DNA from: a virus
Lineage: Duplodnaviria > Caudoviricetes
Strand: one strand, 5' to 3'
DNA length: 39,596 nt
Virus record (IMG/VR): IMGVR_UViG_3300032103_000300
Coordinates: 1 to 39,596 of that record
Shown here: one piece after another, positions 25,909 through 35,311 of the stretch
How the letters are laid out: each line of letters starts with the position of its first letter
Position numbering within the stretch: position 1 is the first letter of the stretch
Translations under genes and position numbers: made by a program
The notes under the pieces: generated by a model
Database searches by the model: none
The model's input: the letters and a program-made list of their open reading frames with translations, nothing else
Told to the model about the DNA's origin: nothing

Positions 25909-27744
25909 GTGGAAGTTGTTTTTCAAGCTTGGGACCACCAGAAGCAAAAAGGCAACGTATTTTTAAGCACGAAGAAAAACAAAGATTGGCAAGACCACCG
26001 GTTCACTTGGCCCGAAGATAGAGATAAAATTATGGAGTGGTTCAATCAGCATGAAGGCGCCGAGGAGGATTTATATTGGTGCCCGATGATATTCGCCACT
26101 AAGACTCGAAAGAAAGCAGGCGCCCTAGGGGGCAGGGTATTATACGCTGATTTAGACCCTGTGGACCCACGCTTCCTGCAGCAGAGGCCTACTATAGCAT
26201 GGAAGTCATCCAACGATAAGTATCAAGCACTCTGGCTAATGAATAAAAAGCTCACACCCACAGATATAGAGGCTCTCAACAAAAATATAGCCTACTCCAC
26301 GGGAGGGGATAAGAGCGGCTGGGACCTAACGCAAGTTTTAAGGATACCAGCCACCAAAAATTACAAGTACAAGCCCCCGCAACAAGGTAAAATATTATGG
26401 ACCGATGGTGCTACATATGACACGTTAACTTTTATACCTAAGACTGTTTCGCCAGAGGCTGGGCCCACACTGTTAGATTTATTGTCGAAGTATAGGAAGC
26501 AGATGCCTAGCAAAGTGTCACGTCTCTTACAGTACCCGCCCGAGCGTGTGAGCGAAGGCAGTCGCTCGGACATGTTATGGTATATAGAGAGTGAGCTTAT
26601 ACAAGCGAAAGTACCGTTAGAAGATGTAGCACGCATGGTAATGCTGTCTGCCTGGAACAAATATAAAGGACGAGCTGATGAGTGGTTACGTATCAATACA
26701 GAAGTCACTAAAGTTTATGAGAAGACTCACAGAGGAGAGGAAGCTGTTACTCCTATATTATTGCCGCTCGTAACATATGAAGATATGATGAGCTCTCTAA
26801 CCACAGAGCCTGGCTGGTTGGTGAAAGATATATGGATGAAGCGGTCGCATGGTATTATTGCAGGTGAGCCCAAGACATACAAGAGTGTAGTCTCGCTCGA
26901 TTTAGCAGTGTCAGTAGCCTCGGGGGTACCATTATGGAACACACATGAAGTTATGGAGCAGGGGCCAGTGCTTATGGTACAGAATGAGAACGCAGAGTGG
27001 ATTATGAAAGACAGGCTAGAGAAGATTGTAGCCCACAAGGGACTAGTGGGTAAAGCACAGGGCAGCAAGCGCAGATTAGACGTAGAGTTTGCGGAGTCGC
27101 TACCTCTATATTTTATCAACAACTATGGATACAACTTTAACGATATTAACCACAGAGAACTACTAGAAGATGTTATCAAGCAGATACGCCCGGTGCTCAT
27201 TATTTTTGACCCGCTTTATCTAATGTTCGACGGCGATATTAACAGTGCGAAAGATTTGCAGCCCGTCCTGCAGTGGCTTATCGACCTCAAGAATGCTTAT
27301 AAGACCGCGGTTATTGTCGTCCATCACTGGAATAAAGCAGGGTCTAGCAGCAGAGGCGGTCAGAGGATGTTGGGTTCCACAACTCTACATGGATTTACTG
27401 AGTCAGCCCAATATTTTCAGAGGCTGGATGATGATGAGGACGGTAAGGCGAGGGTAGTTATTGAGAGAGAGTTTCGTGCTGCAGGAATGTACCCAAAACT
27501 TGAGCTCTCTATTGAAATGGGAGAGTTTGGCTCGGCGGTTTATAGTCCACAGGTCCGGTCCGTCGCTATTACTGGCAAAAGTGAGCTTCTTGACCTTCTT
27601 TCTATGTATCCCACAGGGCTTTCCATGAATCAAGCGGCGAAGGAGCTTAACGTAGGACGCAGGACGATAACATCTATGTTATCAAAACTACCTGAGGTGA
27701 AAGTCATCCAGGGTCCACGTGGTTCAAAAATATTAAAATTATAG
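25909..27744 (+). CDS. Primase-helicase (RepB-type primase + AAA_25 helicase + C-terminal HTH)
   Basis: LYADLD, SSNDKYQALW, DLTQVLRIPATKNYK; GEPKTYKS, IIFDPLY, VVHHWNK. Confidence 0.88.
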   Translation: MEVVFQAWDHQKQKGNVFLSTKKNKDWQDHRFTWPEDRDKIMEWFNQHEGAEEDLYWCPMIFATKTRKKAGALGGRVLYADLDPVDPRFLQQRPTIAWKSSNDKYQALWLMNKKLTPTDIEALNKNIAYSTGGDKSGWDLTQVLRIPATKNYKYKPPQQGKILWTDGATYDTLTFIPKTVSPEAGPTLLDLLSKYRKQMPSKVSRLLQYPPERVSEGSRSDMLWYIESELIQAKVPLEDVARMVMLSAWNKYKGRADEWLRINTEVTKVYEKTHRGEEAVTPILLPLVTYEDMMSSLTTEPGWLVKDIWMKRSHGIIAGEPKTYKSVVSLDLAVSVASGVPLWNTHEVMEQGPVLMVQNENAEWIMKDRLEKIVAHKGLVGKAQGSKRRLDVEFAESLPLYFINNYGYNFNDINHRELLEDVIKQIRPVLIIFDPLYLMFDGDINSAKDLQPVLQWLIDLKNAYKTAVIVVHHWNKAGSSSRGGQRMLGSTTLHGFTESAQYFQRLDDDEDGKARVVIEREFRAAGMYPKLELSIEMGEFGSAVYSPQVRSVAITGKSELLDLLSMYPTGLSMNQAAKELNVGRRTITSMLSKLPEVKVIQGPRGSKILKL

Positions 27745-27749
27745 GGGGT

Positions 27750-28036
27750 GCACAAGTGGGAAGAATATATTTAGCAGTCTTGCACAAGTCGGCACAAGTG
27801 CGCACAAGTGGGTGCACAAGTGGGGAAAAAAAGCGCAACACGGGGATGGCCGACCACCTGTGCGCTATATATAAAATATAGCGCACAAGTGGTTCCGGCC
27901 GTTCCCAGTGCTTGCAGGGACCGGTAGATAAGGGACATTAAAGGAGATTCATATAGAGTGTGCACAAGTGGGTGCACAAGTGCGCACAAGTGATAACAAA
28001 ACAGTGCACAAGTGATAACAAAGTATTGCACAAGTG
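27750..28036. repeat. Iteron array with central palindrome: putative replication origin
   Basis: 11 direct copies of GCACAAGT (27750, 27782, 27792, 27802, 27814, 27883, 27962, 27974, 27984, 28006, 28028) and an 18-bp-arm inverted repeat at 27853-27893, just downstream of the primase-helicase. Confidence 0.85.
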
Positions 28037-28059
28037 GAATTTTTAAGGAGTGGATGATA

Positions 28060-28470
28060 ATGAGAATGGCGGATTTAATCGGTACCAAATGCGAAAACTG
28101 CCTCAAGAAGAGAGTTGTGGGGCAAGACGACCGCGGCGCACCAGTGCTTATTTGCGTGGCGCTGACTGAGTTCAGAGTCAAGGAAGAGGAACGATGTTGG
28201 GCACGAGAAACTTCTGTCGCCCGTTGGGTGAAAACTTTGAAAGATATCTTGAAATATGCGAAAGCAGATAAAAAATATGCTCCTGTGGAAATAACGACCC
28301 TCCTCCGCCGTGCTGAGATGAGGTTGAATGAGGAAATGAGTCAACAAGCAAGAAGTGCGTTTTATGAAGACTCAAATCGACAGCATAAACCTAGCAAAGG
28401 AGAGAAGTCAGAACGTAGTGCTCGTAAGAAATGGACAAGAATTGCCGTTATCCCTTGGGATGAACAGTAA
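28060..28470 (+). CDS. Hypothetical Cys-containing basic protein
   Basis: AAGGAG RBS; CENC...C...CW; followed by a terminator-like hairpin. Confidence 0.65.
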   Translation: MRMADLIGTKCENCLKKRVVGQDDRGAPVLICVALTEFRVKEEERCWARETSVARWVKTLKDILKYAKADKKYAPVEITTLLRRAEMRLNEEMSQQARSAFYEDSNRQHKPSKGEKSERSARKKWTRIAVIPWDEQ

Positions 28471-28482
28471 ACAACTATGGGT

Positions 28483-28504
28483 GGTGCTTCTTGAGCGCCT
28501 TTTT
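28483..28504 (+). terminator. Intrinsic terminator
   Basis: GGTGCT-N5-AGCGCC-TTTTT. Confidence 0.55.
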
Positions 28505-28550
28505 ACCGTCTCCCAGCTGGTTAAGCAGGTTGAATACGTTTAATGCACAT

Positions 28551-28571
28551 AAAAAATGCCCCTTGCGGGGC
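28551..28571 (-). terminator. Intrinsic terminator of the leftward early unit
   Basis: Minus strand GCCCC-GCAA-GGGGC-ATTTTTT. Confidence 0.75.
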
Positions 28572-28580
28572 GGAAGTCGA

Positions 28581-29051
28581 TTATTCGTCAGCCAAATGTT
28601 TTTCGATAATTGTCCGGACGGCTGCGAGCTCCTTAGAACCCGATGGCCACGAATACTTGGAACGGGGACCAAATCCTACGGCTCCTACTACTTCAGGGGC
28701 GCTAAATCCGTTAGCCCTGAGGAGGACTCTAAGTGCCCTCGGGTCTACGTTGTACTCCTCCGCGAGGTCTTTAACGTGGACAAGAATGACTTCCTCTACT
28801 TTTGGTGCCGCTACGACTTCCTTCTTAACTGCCTTTGCCATGATTACTTCACCTTTTCCTTTCTTTTTGTTGACCTCCGCCGTAATTATATCAGATTGCT
28901 TCGTGGGTGTAAAGGAGGGTTTTTCAAGTTTCATTTCTTCCTTTAATAGTTCGAGCTCGGCTTCTGCCACTAATTTCTTCATTCTGCGCCCGTCTGCGTC
29001 ATACTCTCGAATTTGCGTCTCTAACATTTTAACCCTTTTTTCGTTTGTCAT
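28581..29051 (-). CDS. Early protein with C-terminal HTH-like DNA-binding domain
   Basis: GAGGAGG RBS and own promoter; VKDLAEEYNVDPRALRVLLR...KYSW. Confidence 0.75.
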   Translation of the reverse strand: MTNEKRVKMLETQIREYDADGRRMKKLVAEAELELLKEEMKLEKPSFTPTKQSDIITAEVNKKKGKGEVIMAKAVKKEVVAAPKVEEVILVHVKDLAEEYNVDPRALRVLLRANGFSAPEVVGAVGFGPRSKYSWPSGSKELAAVRTIIEKHLADE

Positions 29052-29080
29052 GTGACCTTCCTCCTCTTCGATTTGGTTTA

Positions 29081-29109
29081 AGTATATAAGATTCTCGACG
29101 GGATGTAAA
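29081..29109 (-). promoter_or_regulatory. Early sigma-A-type promoter
   Basis: TTTACA-17 bp-TATACT; context duplicated at 29317-29345. Confidence 0.75.
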
Positions 29110-29125
29110 GGATGAGTTTGAAAAT

Positions 29126-29284
29126 TCAGTTATTCACTGCCTTAGATAATAGGGAAATAATCAATATTGCTTCGCCGTTCTCGAGCTCTCCTTCATTTGT
29201 GAGGTAATCGTACAATTCTTCGCCAGAGCCGTCTCCCCAATTTAACAATTTCTCAATCGTCTGTTTTATCGTCGTTCTTGCCAT
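29126..29284 (-). CDS. 52-aa acidic early protein (not in ORF track)
   Basis: AAGGAGG RBS; MARTTIKQTIEKLLNWGDGSGEELYDYLTNEGELENGEAILIISLLSKAVNN*. Confidence 0.75.
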   Translation of the reverse strand: MARTTIKQTIEKLLNWGDGSGEELYDYLTNEGELENGEAILIISLLSKAVNN

Positions 29285-29316
29285 ATATTTGTTCTCCTCC
29301 TTCTAGATTTGATTTA

Positions 29317-29345
29317 AGTATATGAGATTTGATTCTTGATGTAAA
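29317..29345 (-). promoter_or_regulatory. Early sigma-A-type promoter
   Basis: TTTACA-17 bp-TATACT. Confidence 0.75.
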
Positions 29346-29549
29346 GGATAGTTGCAAAAATATTTTTGCTTCGACATATCGCGCGCTTATGCGTGTGCGT
29401 ACGTACGTATCAAAACCGTGTTCGCTCTTATTTACATGGGACTATTCCGTGTGATAATATTTTTCTTGAACAGGAGACTGTTTTTTTATGTGTGCCGAAA
29501 TTACGTAGTTGTGCTTTTTACAATGCCCAAAAAATGGGAGGTGAACTAA

Positions 29550-30044
29550 TTGAGAAAGCTACGAAGAAATGATGAGCCGGTCCCTGAGAAGAGACCTCCC
29601 AATCATCATCTTAAGGGAAACAAGCGGGGAAACAAAAGCACGAAAATCAATCCCGAAATGGCGCTTTTCATCCTTGAAAAAGCTCCGCTTCATTCTTGTA
29701 GGCAGCTTGCCGAAATGATAACGGAAAAGTTCGGCATTAAAATCAGCCATGCGGGGGTCAACTCTTTTATTAGGAATAGACAGTTAGAACGCAAAGAGGT
29801 CACCAAGAGCGTTGTGGCGGAATACATCGCCAAGACCGTGCCCCGAGACCTTGAGATATTAGAAGCGATGAGGGAACAACTGGAGGCGCTTCGTCTCTCT
29901 AAAAAGCTCAGTCATCAAGAGCTCATGCAGACGATTGACCGCCAGCGACATGTTATTGATACCCGATTGAAATACGCGGGAGCGGGCGAACAGGCAGAGG
30001 GTCACCCAGGCAAACTAGAAGAATGGATGAAACAGTTGATATAG
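29550..30044 (+). CDS. terS: Terminase small subunit
   Basis: GGGAGGTG RBS with TTG start; HTH-like region; directly upstream of terL. Confidence 0.75.
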   Translation: MRKLRRNDEPVPEKRPPNHHLKGNKRGNKSTKINPEMALFILEKAPLHSCRQLAEMITEKFGIKISHAGVNSFIRNRQLERKEVTKSVVAEYIAKTVPRDLEILEAMREQLEALRLSKKLSHQELMQTIDRQRHVIDTRLKYAGAGEQAEGHPGKLEEWMKQLI

Positions 30045-30057
30045 GAGGAACAGGCCG

Positions 30058-31890
30058 ATGTCGTGGACCGCAAGAGAATTGATAATCAAGCGGCGGGCGT
30101 TGTGGATAGAGGGAAATGATTTAACGAAAGACCGCCAGTTCGTTTCTGACGTGGCACAATGGCTTGTTAGTGAGAAAGGCGCGGCCGTACGTAATGAGTT
30201 AATAGAACGGCCCGAGCTGTTCGTTGAATTGATTTTCCTCATCGTCAACAAGAGTCGACAGACCGTGCCTTTCTTCCTGAATGATGTGCAAAAGGAATTC
30301 TGTGAGGTGCTCAATAAGGCCATTAAAGAGTTCAGCCTGGGACGCAGGTTGCATCTCAATTTTATCGTATTGAAGGGGCGGCAGCAGGGCTTCACCTCAC
30401 TCATCACTGCTTATCAGCTGGCAAAATCAGTGACGAAGATGAACTTCGCGGGCTTCACATTAGCAGATAATGCAGAGAACACTGAGGCCATCTTCTCCGA
30501 CAAGGCCAAGTTCCCTTATGAACACATGCCGAAGGTCCTACGTCCGACCGAGAAATATAATAACCGTCGCGAGCTGCACTTCAGCAAGCTCAACAGCCGC
30601 TGGCGTGTGGCCACCGCAGGCACGAATGATGTAGGACGGAGCCGAACGCTAGGCTTTTTCCATGGCTCAGAGGTGGCATTCTGGCCTACGATTCATGGTG
30701 TAATGGTTGGACTTGGGCCCGCTCTAACACAGGACTCAATTAAAATCCTTGAATCCACCGCTAACGGCTTCAATGAATTCAAGCAATTATGGGACGCGGG
30801 CACGTGGACGAACTTATTCTTCGAATGGTGGCGCACCGCCGAATACCGGCTGAAATACGAGTCGTCGTCAGTGGGCCGAGAATTTGAGAGTCGTGTGGCT
30901 AGCCGCAAGGATTGGATATATGAACGATGTCGCTGGCTTCATGACCAGATGAAGCTGAGCTGGCCACAGGTCTATTGGTACTATGTGCAACATCGAAACC
31001 TGAAGGAGATGATAAAGCAGGAATATCCCTGCTCTCCTGAAGAAGCTTTTCTATCGTCTGGCCGTTGCATCTTTGAACAGGAACAAATCATCCATCGCAC
31101 GAAACATCTTGCAGCCTTGTATCGCGTGAATCCGCCTAAGCGTGGCGAGTTCCGTATCACATGGGACAACCCAGAGACAAAAGGGCGCATAGAAGGATTC
31201 AATTGGGTGGATGACCCTCATGGGCTCATCACTATCTATGAGCCGCCTATCACAGGTCATCCTTACGTAGGAGGCGGCGATACTAAGGGGGAGGGCTCTG
31301 ATAACTTCGCAGGACAGTTCATCCACAATCCCACTGGCAGGCGGGTGGCTACTCTGTGGGGCAACCCCGACAGTGATGAGTACACTCATCAGATGTATTG
31401 CCTTGGTATGCACTATAATGAGGCATTATTGGCAATTGAGAGCAACTTCAACACTTACCCTCTGGAAGAGCTTAATCGACTACGCTACCCGCGGCAATAT
31501 CAACGGAAGCAGTATGACAGTTTCTCGGGCAAATATCAGGATAAATATGGCTTCAAAACAGACGGCAATACACGGCCGCTCATCATCGACCGAGAGATAG
31601 TGCTCATCCGAGACCACATTGACTTATTCACAGACCTGAACTTCTTCAAGGAATGCTTAACTTTCATCAAAAACGATAAGGGCCGACCTGAGGCTGAGAG
31701 CGGTTGTCGTGATGACTTAATCTTCGCGGATATGATAGCGGAGGAGGCTCGTGGTCAGCAGAATCGTCTCGTAACTACGAATAGTTTCTCTGTGGACCAC
31801 CTCTCGCCTGACCTACAAGATGATTATGACAATGCCTCAGATGAAGAGAAACGATACTTGCTTAAGAAATGGGGGTTACTCCAAGAATGA
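30058..31890 (+). CDS. terL: Terminase large subunit
   Basis: VLKGRQQGFTS, FHGSEVAFW, ILESTANG, QEYP, GGDTKGEGSD, RDDLIFA. Confidence 0.95.
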   Translation: MSWTARELIIKRRALWIEGNDLTKDRQFVSDVAQWLVSEKGAAVRNELIERPELFVELIFLIVNKSRQTVPFFLNDVQKEFCEVLNKAIKEFSLGRRLHLNFIVLKGRQQGFTSLITAYQLAKSVTKMNFAGFTLADNAENTEAIFSDKAKFPYEHMPKVLRPTEKYNNRRELHFSKLNSRWRVATAGTNDVGRSRTLGFFHGSEVAFWPTIHGVMVGLGPALTQDSIKILESTANGFNEFKQLWDAGTWTNLFFEWWRTAEYRLKYESSSVGREFESRVASRKDWIYERCRWLHDQMKLSWPQVYWYYVQHRNLKEMIKQEYPCSPEEAFLSSGRCIFEQEQIIHRTKHLAALYRVNPPKRGEFRITWDNPETKGRIEGFNWVDDPHGLITIYEPPITGHPYVGGGDTKGEGSDNFAGQFIHNPTGRRVATLWGNPDSDEYTHQMYCLGMHYNEALLAIESNFNTYPLEELNRLRYPRQYQRKQYDSFSGKYQDKYGFKTDGNTRPLIIDREIVLIRDHIDLFTDLNFFKECLTFIKNDKGRPEAESGCRDDLIFADMIAEEARGQQNRLVTTNSFSVDHLSPDLQDDYDNASDEEKRYLLKKWGLLQE

Positions 31891-33962
31891 AGCTAAGAGA
31901 GCAGGTGAAACTCGTAATGGCTAAGCTCACTGGCAACAAGGTGAGAGTACAAGAGCTCTCAAGCCTGAAAGAGTGGCAGGACAAATTCACTAGGGCGAAG
32001 AGCTACATTAATCTACAGGCGTTCGATGACCGTGAGCTGCTTTATCATGGCACCCATAACGTGGATAAGTATATCAACTCACGACAGGCAGCGATTAAAA
32101 AGGCTGATAATGTACGTAACATTGTCTATGAGATGATTGAATCTCAGATAGATACTTCTATTCCCCAGCCTGCGGTCAAGAGCAAACGCAGAGGCTATGA
32201 GTTTGCGGCAAGAATGCTGGAAGAAAGCTTACGTAATGACCTTTATGAGCTGTCAATGCATCGTATCCATGATGAGAATGAACGGCTCACCCCTATTCAA
32301 GGTGTAACCTACGTGCAGGTTATGTGGAACCCCGAGACTGAGAAACTTGAACTGAAGAACATCCATCCTAAGCAGTTAATCCCGCAGCCTGGCGTGTGGC
32401 AATTGCAAGAGATGGACTACTTCTTTGTGCTAACCTCTGTGACCCACACCTACATTAAGCGACGGTACAATGTAGACCTTGAGGGTGAGTATGAGGAGTA
32501 TCCTCACATGAATAGCTTAGATTACGACACGCACACTCGTAACAATCTAAGTGGCACTGTGGTAGAAGATAAAGTCACTGAGATTGTTTGCTGGTACCGC
32601 GATGAGGAGGGTGACATCTGTCGTTTCGTGTGGGCCAATGACCAAGTTTTAGAGGATTTACCTAAATACTATCATCGCCGTATGGCCGTATGTCAGCATT
32701 GTGGTCAAGCTAACCCCCAGAATGATGAGCAATGTAGGCTGTGTGGGACGACTAAGTTAAAGAAACAGACTATGGAGCATGAGGTTATATTACTTCCTGA
32801 ATCTTTGACGCCTATTGTTTATAAGAAGCAACGTAAGATTGTGCAAATAGACCCAGCGACTGGTAGAAAAGTCGCAGTAGACCAGGAGGAGGATATCGTG
32901 GAAGAACGTGTTCTTAATCCTGGCGAGCCCATTCCTTATTATTCGCCTAAAAAGTATCCTATCGCTGTGCGTATCAACACTCCTAAAAGTTTCAGTGTGG
33001 GAGGCCAGAGCGATGTTGATATTATTCGAGACCAAGCAGATTCAATTAAAAAGCTGATTAGCAAAGCCATGCAGAAGACTATACGTGCCGGCTCCGTGCT
33101 TAAAATGCCCCGCACACTTAAGTATGATATAACCTCTGACGATAATCAAGTGCTAAGAGGTGAGGTGCATGAGCTAAATGCAGTACATGCTATTGCATTG
33201 CAACCCGACATTAGCCAGGATTTAGCTCTTGCGGAGAATCAATATGTCACAATACAGTCTACGCTGGGTATCAATGATTCTTGGCAGGGCAAGCATGATG
33301 CCTCGGCTAAATCTGGTGTGGCTAAACATAAGCAGATTCAGCAAGCAGCGGGACGACTCTCTAGCAAGATATTGAACAAGCATGACTTCTATCGCCAGCT
33401 CTATGAAATCATGTTTGAGTTCAAATTAGCTTTTTATGATGAGATACAGCCCTACTTAACTCGCAATGATACTGGTGAGGACGATTGGGGTGACTTCGAC
33501 AATCATGAGTTTCTTTATCGAGATAAGCATGACAAATGGGCTTATAATACGGACTTTTTGATTACTGCTGATGCAGGGCAAGGTATCCCAAGCGACAAGA
33601 TGTGGTTATTCGAGCAAGTGAACATGCAGGCGGGTGCTCAGTTAATAGACTTGATTCAGTACTGGACGATATTGGAACAGCTACATTTTCCTCATGCGTC
33701 TATGATACTCCAGCAACACAAAGCTCGACAAAAAGCGACGGAAGAACAAGCTATGCAACAGCAAGCGATGATTCAACAGCAGCAACAATCTAATATAGCA
33801 AATGAAGGCTTGAACAAAATGCTTAGTTCGCTTGTTCCAGGGCAACGTAGCTCTGTGAATAAAATCCTCTCAACTCTCACACCAGAAGAGTTAGAGAAGT
33901 TCAAACGTCTGCCGCCAGACCAGATGGCAGAAGAGCTGGCACAAGTTATGGAAGGGGGGTGA
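31887..33962 (+). CDS. Portal protein (podovirus type) with zinc-ribbon insertion
   Basis: Follows terL with ATGA overlap; NIVYEMIESQID, GQSDVDIIRDQ, TLGINDSWQG...AKSGVA; Gln-rich C-terminal tail. Confidence 0.88.
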   Translation: MKLREQVKLVMAKLTGNKVRVQELSSLKEWQDKFTRAKSYINLQAFDDRELLYHGTHNVDKYINSRQAAIKKADNVRNIVYEMIESQIDTSIPQPAVKSKRRGYEFAARMLEESLRNDLYELSMHRIHDENERLTPIQGVTYVQVMWNPETEKLELKNIHPKQLIPQPGVWQLQEMDYFFVLTSVTHTYIKRRYNVDLEGEYEEYPHMNSLDYDTHTRNNLSGTVVEDKVTEIVCWYRDEEGDICRFVWANDQVLEDLPKYYHRRMAVCQHCGQANPQNDEQCRLCGTTKLKKQTMEHEVILLPESLTPIVYKKQRKIVQIDPATGRKVAVDQEEDIVEERVLNPGEPIPYYSPKKYPIAVRINTPKSFSVGGQSDVDIIRDQADSIKKLISKAMQKTIRAGSVLKMPRTLKYDITSDDNQVLRGEVHELNAVHAIALQPDISQDLALAENQYVTIQSTLGINDSWQGKHDASAKSGVAKHKQIQQAAGRLSSKILNKHDFYRQLYEIMFEFKLAFYDEIQPYLTRNDTGEDDWGDFDNHEFLYRDKHDKWAYNTDFLITADAGQGIPSDKMWLFEQVNMQAGAQLIDLIQYWTILEQLHFPHASMILQQHKARQKATEEQAMQQQAMIQQQQQSNIANEGLNKMLSSLVPGQRSSVNKILSTLTPEELEKFKRLPPDQMAEELAQVMEGG

Positions 33963-33968
33963 TAATTG

Positions 33969-34088
33969 ATGAAGAAGAGTAATATTATTAAAAATAGCGG
34001 TACATTTATCTCTCCGGCGCCCAGGCAGACGAAGGGGGGTAAGTCTACGGCTAAGGTGCAAAAGGGTGGCGACCTTCGGGCTAAATAA
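33969..34088 (+). CDS. 39-aa basic peptide (not in ORF track)
   Basis: GGGGGGTG RBS; MKKSNIIKNSGTFISPAPRQTKGGKSTAKVQKGGDLRAK*. Confidence 0.65.
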   Translation: MKKSNIIKNSGTFISPAPRQTKGGKSTAKVQKGGDLRAK

Positions 34089-34125
34089 TTAGTAGCGCCT
34101 ACCAGAGCGCAAGGGGGATAATATT

Positions 34126-34905
34126 ATGGAAAAAGTTCTTGAAACTCCTGTGAATGCTGACGGCATTCAGTCTGTTCCACCAGCAGAGGAAGAGGAGTAT
34201 GATGTAGTTAAGTATAACAAAGAAGAAATCAAAGTTCCTAAGTCCGAGCGACAGACTCTATTGCAGAAGGGTCTGAACTATGATAAGGTGTTCGAGAGAA
34301 ATAAATCTCTTGAGGCGCAATTGAAGGCCCGAGACGAATGGGTGGCTCAAAACTACGCTAGCCAAGGTATAGAAACTTGGGATGAATTCCAAGCAGCTCT
34401 GGCAGAACAAGCTCGTGAGGAGGAGCTAAAAGACTTAGGTGTGGACTCTGAGATAGCAGACCAGCTAATTGAAAGAGACCCTAAGATTCGACAAAAGCTC
34501 CAAGAGGCTGAGACTATCAAACGGCAAGCGGAAGTAGAAGCCTCCCGACAGGGACTGCTTCAACAAATCCATGAGCTTAATGAGGAATTCGGGCTCAGAG
34601 TCAAAGATGAGAATGACTTAGATAACTTAGAAAACGTAGCCCAAGTAGCAGATTATTTCAAACGCGGCTTGAGCCTTAAAGAGGCTTATTACTTAGCTAA
34701 TCGAAACACCATCGACGCTAAAAAGTCTGTTAATGCTGCTGCTAAAAAAGCTAGCACTAGTCACATCCAACCAGATGCTAGAGGTGGTGCTGGAGACACA
34801 GTCGATTTACCCGCGGATGTCTTAGCTCTCTATCAGGAGCTTAATCCTGGTCGTTCTATGGAAGAATATCGAAGACATTACACTAAATCATTAAGAGGGG
34901 GTTAA
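34126..34905 (+). CDS. Head scaffolding protein
   Basis: Acidic helical protein between portal and capsid genes; LLQKGLNYDK, LKEAYYLAN. Confidence 0.8.
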   Translation: MEKVLETPVNADGIQSVPPAEEEEYDVVKYNKEEIKVPKSERQTLLQKGLNYDKVFERNKSLEAQLKARDEWVAQNYASQGIETWDEFQAALAEQAREEELKDLGVDSEIADQLIERDPKIRQKLQEAETIKRQAEVEASRQGLLQQIHELNEEFGLRVKDENDLDNLENVAQVADYFKRGLSLKEAYYLANRNTIDAKKSVNAAAKKASTSHIQPDARGGAGDTVDLPADVLALYQELNPGRSMEEYRRHYTKSLRGG

Positions 34906-34909
34906 AACT

Positions 34910-35299
34910 TTGAGAGTACATGCACGTTTAGTACCTGCTACTGAGCCTATTAAGTATTTGCCTGGCACTAATGCGGAAGCTTATGTTCGTAACCAAGCCT
35001 GCATACTGACAAATGGCACTCTTACGAGAGCGCTTCCCACTCAGAGGCCTACACACATTGTCCAAGCTGCTGTGGCTGCGGCTACGCCGGCTAATCCTCG
35101 AATTCCAGTAATTGAGGTACTCCCTGATATAGAGTTTGTTACTACTTCAACTGTCGCTATTGCACCGACTGTTGTGGGGGTGGCAGTCACTTTGCATACT
35201 GATGCTGTGGCTGTGACTGGTACAACTGCGAGTGGTGTTTTCACTATTACACATACGTCCAATGCCGTGGGTGGCGTTGTTCGTGGCATATTTAGATAG
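34910..35299 (+). CDS. Capsid decoration/cement protein
   Basis: Beta-rich T/V/A protein immediately before the major capsid gene. Confidence 0.65.
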   Translation: MRVHARLVPATEPIKYLPGTNAEAYVRNQACILTNGTLTRALPTQRPTHIVQAAVAAATPANPRIPVIEVLPDIEFVTTSTVAIAPTVVGVAVTLHTDAVAVTGTTASGVFTITHTSNAVGGVVRGIFR

Positions 35300-35311
35300 G
35301 GGGGGATAAGC

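Noticed and set aside
27750-28036. GCACAAGT repeats as a mini-CRISPR array
   Set aside because: Repeats are 8-9 bp with irregular, mostly very short spacing and no unique ~30-bp spacers; an iteron origin fits better.
27771-29055. Antisense ORFs over the origin and early genes (27771-28181, 28491-28946, 28543-29055)
   Set aside because: They overlap iterons or better-supported genes that have RBS, promoter and terminator.
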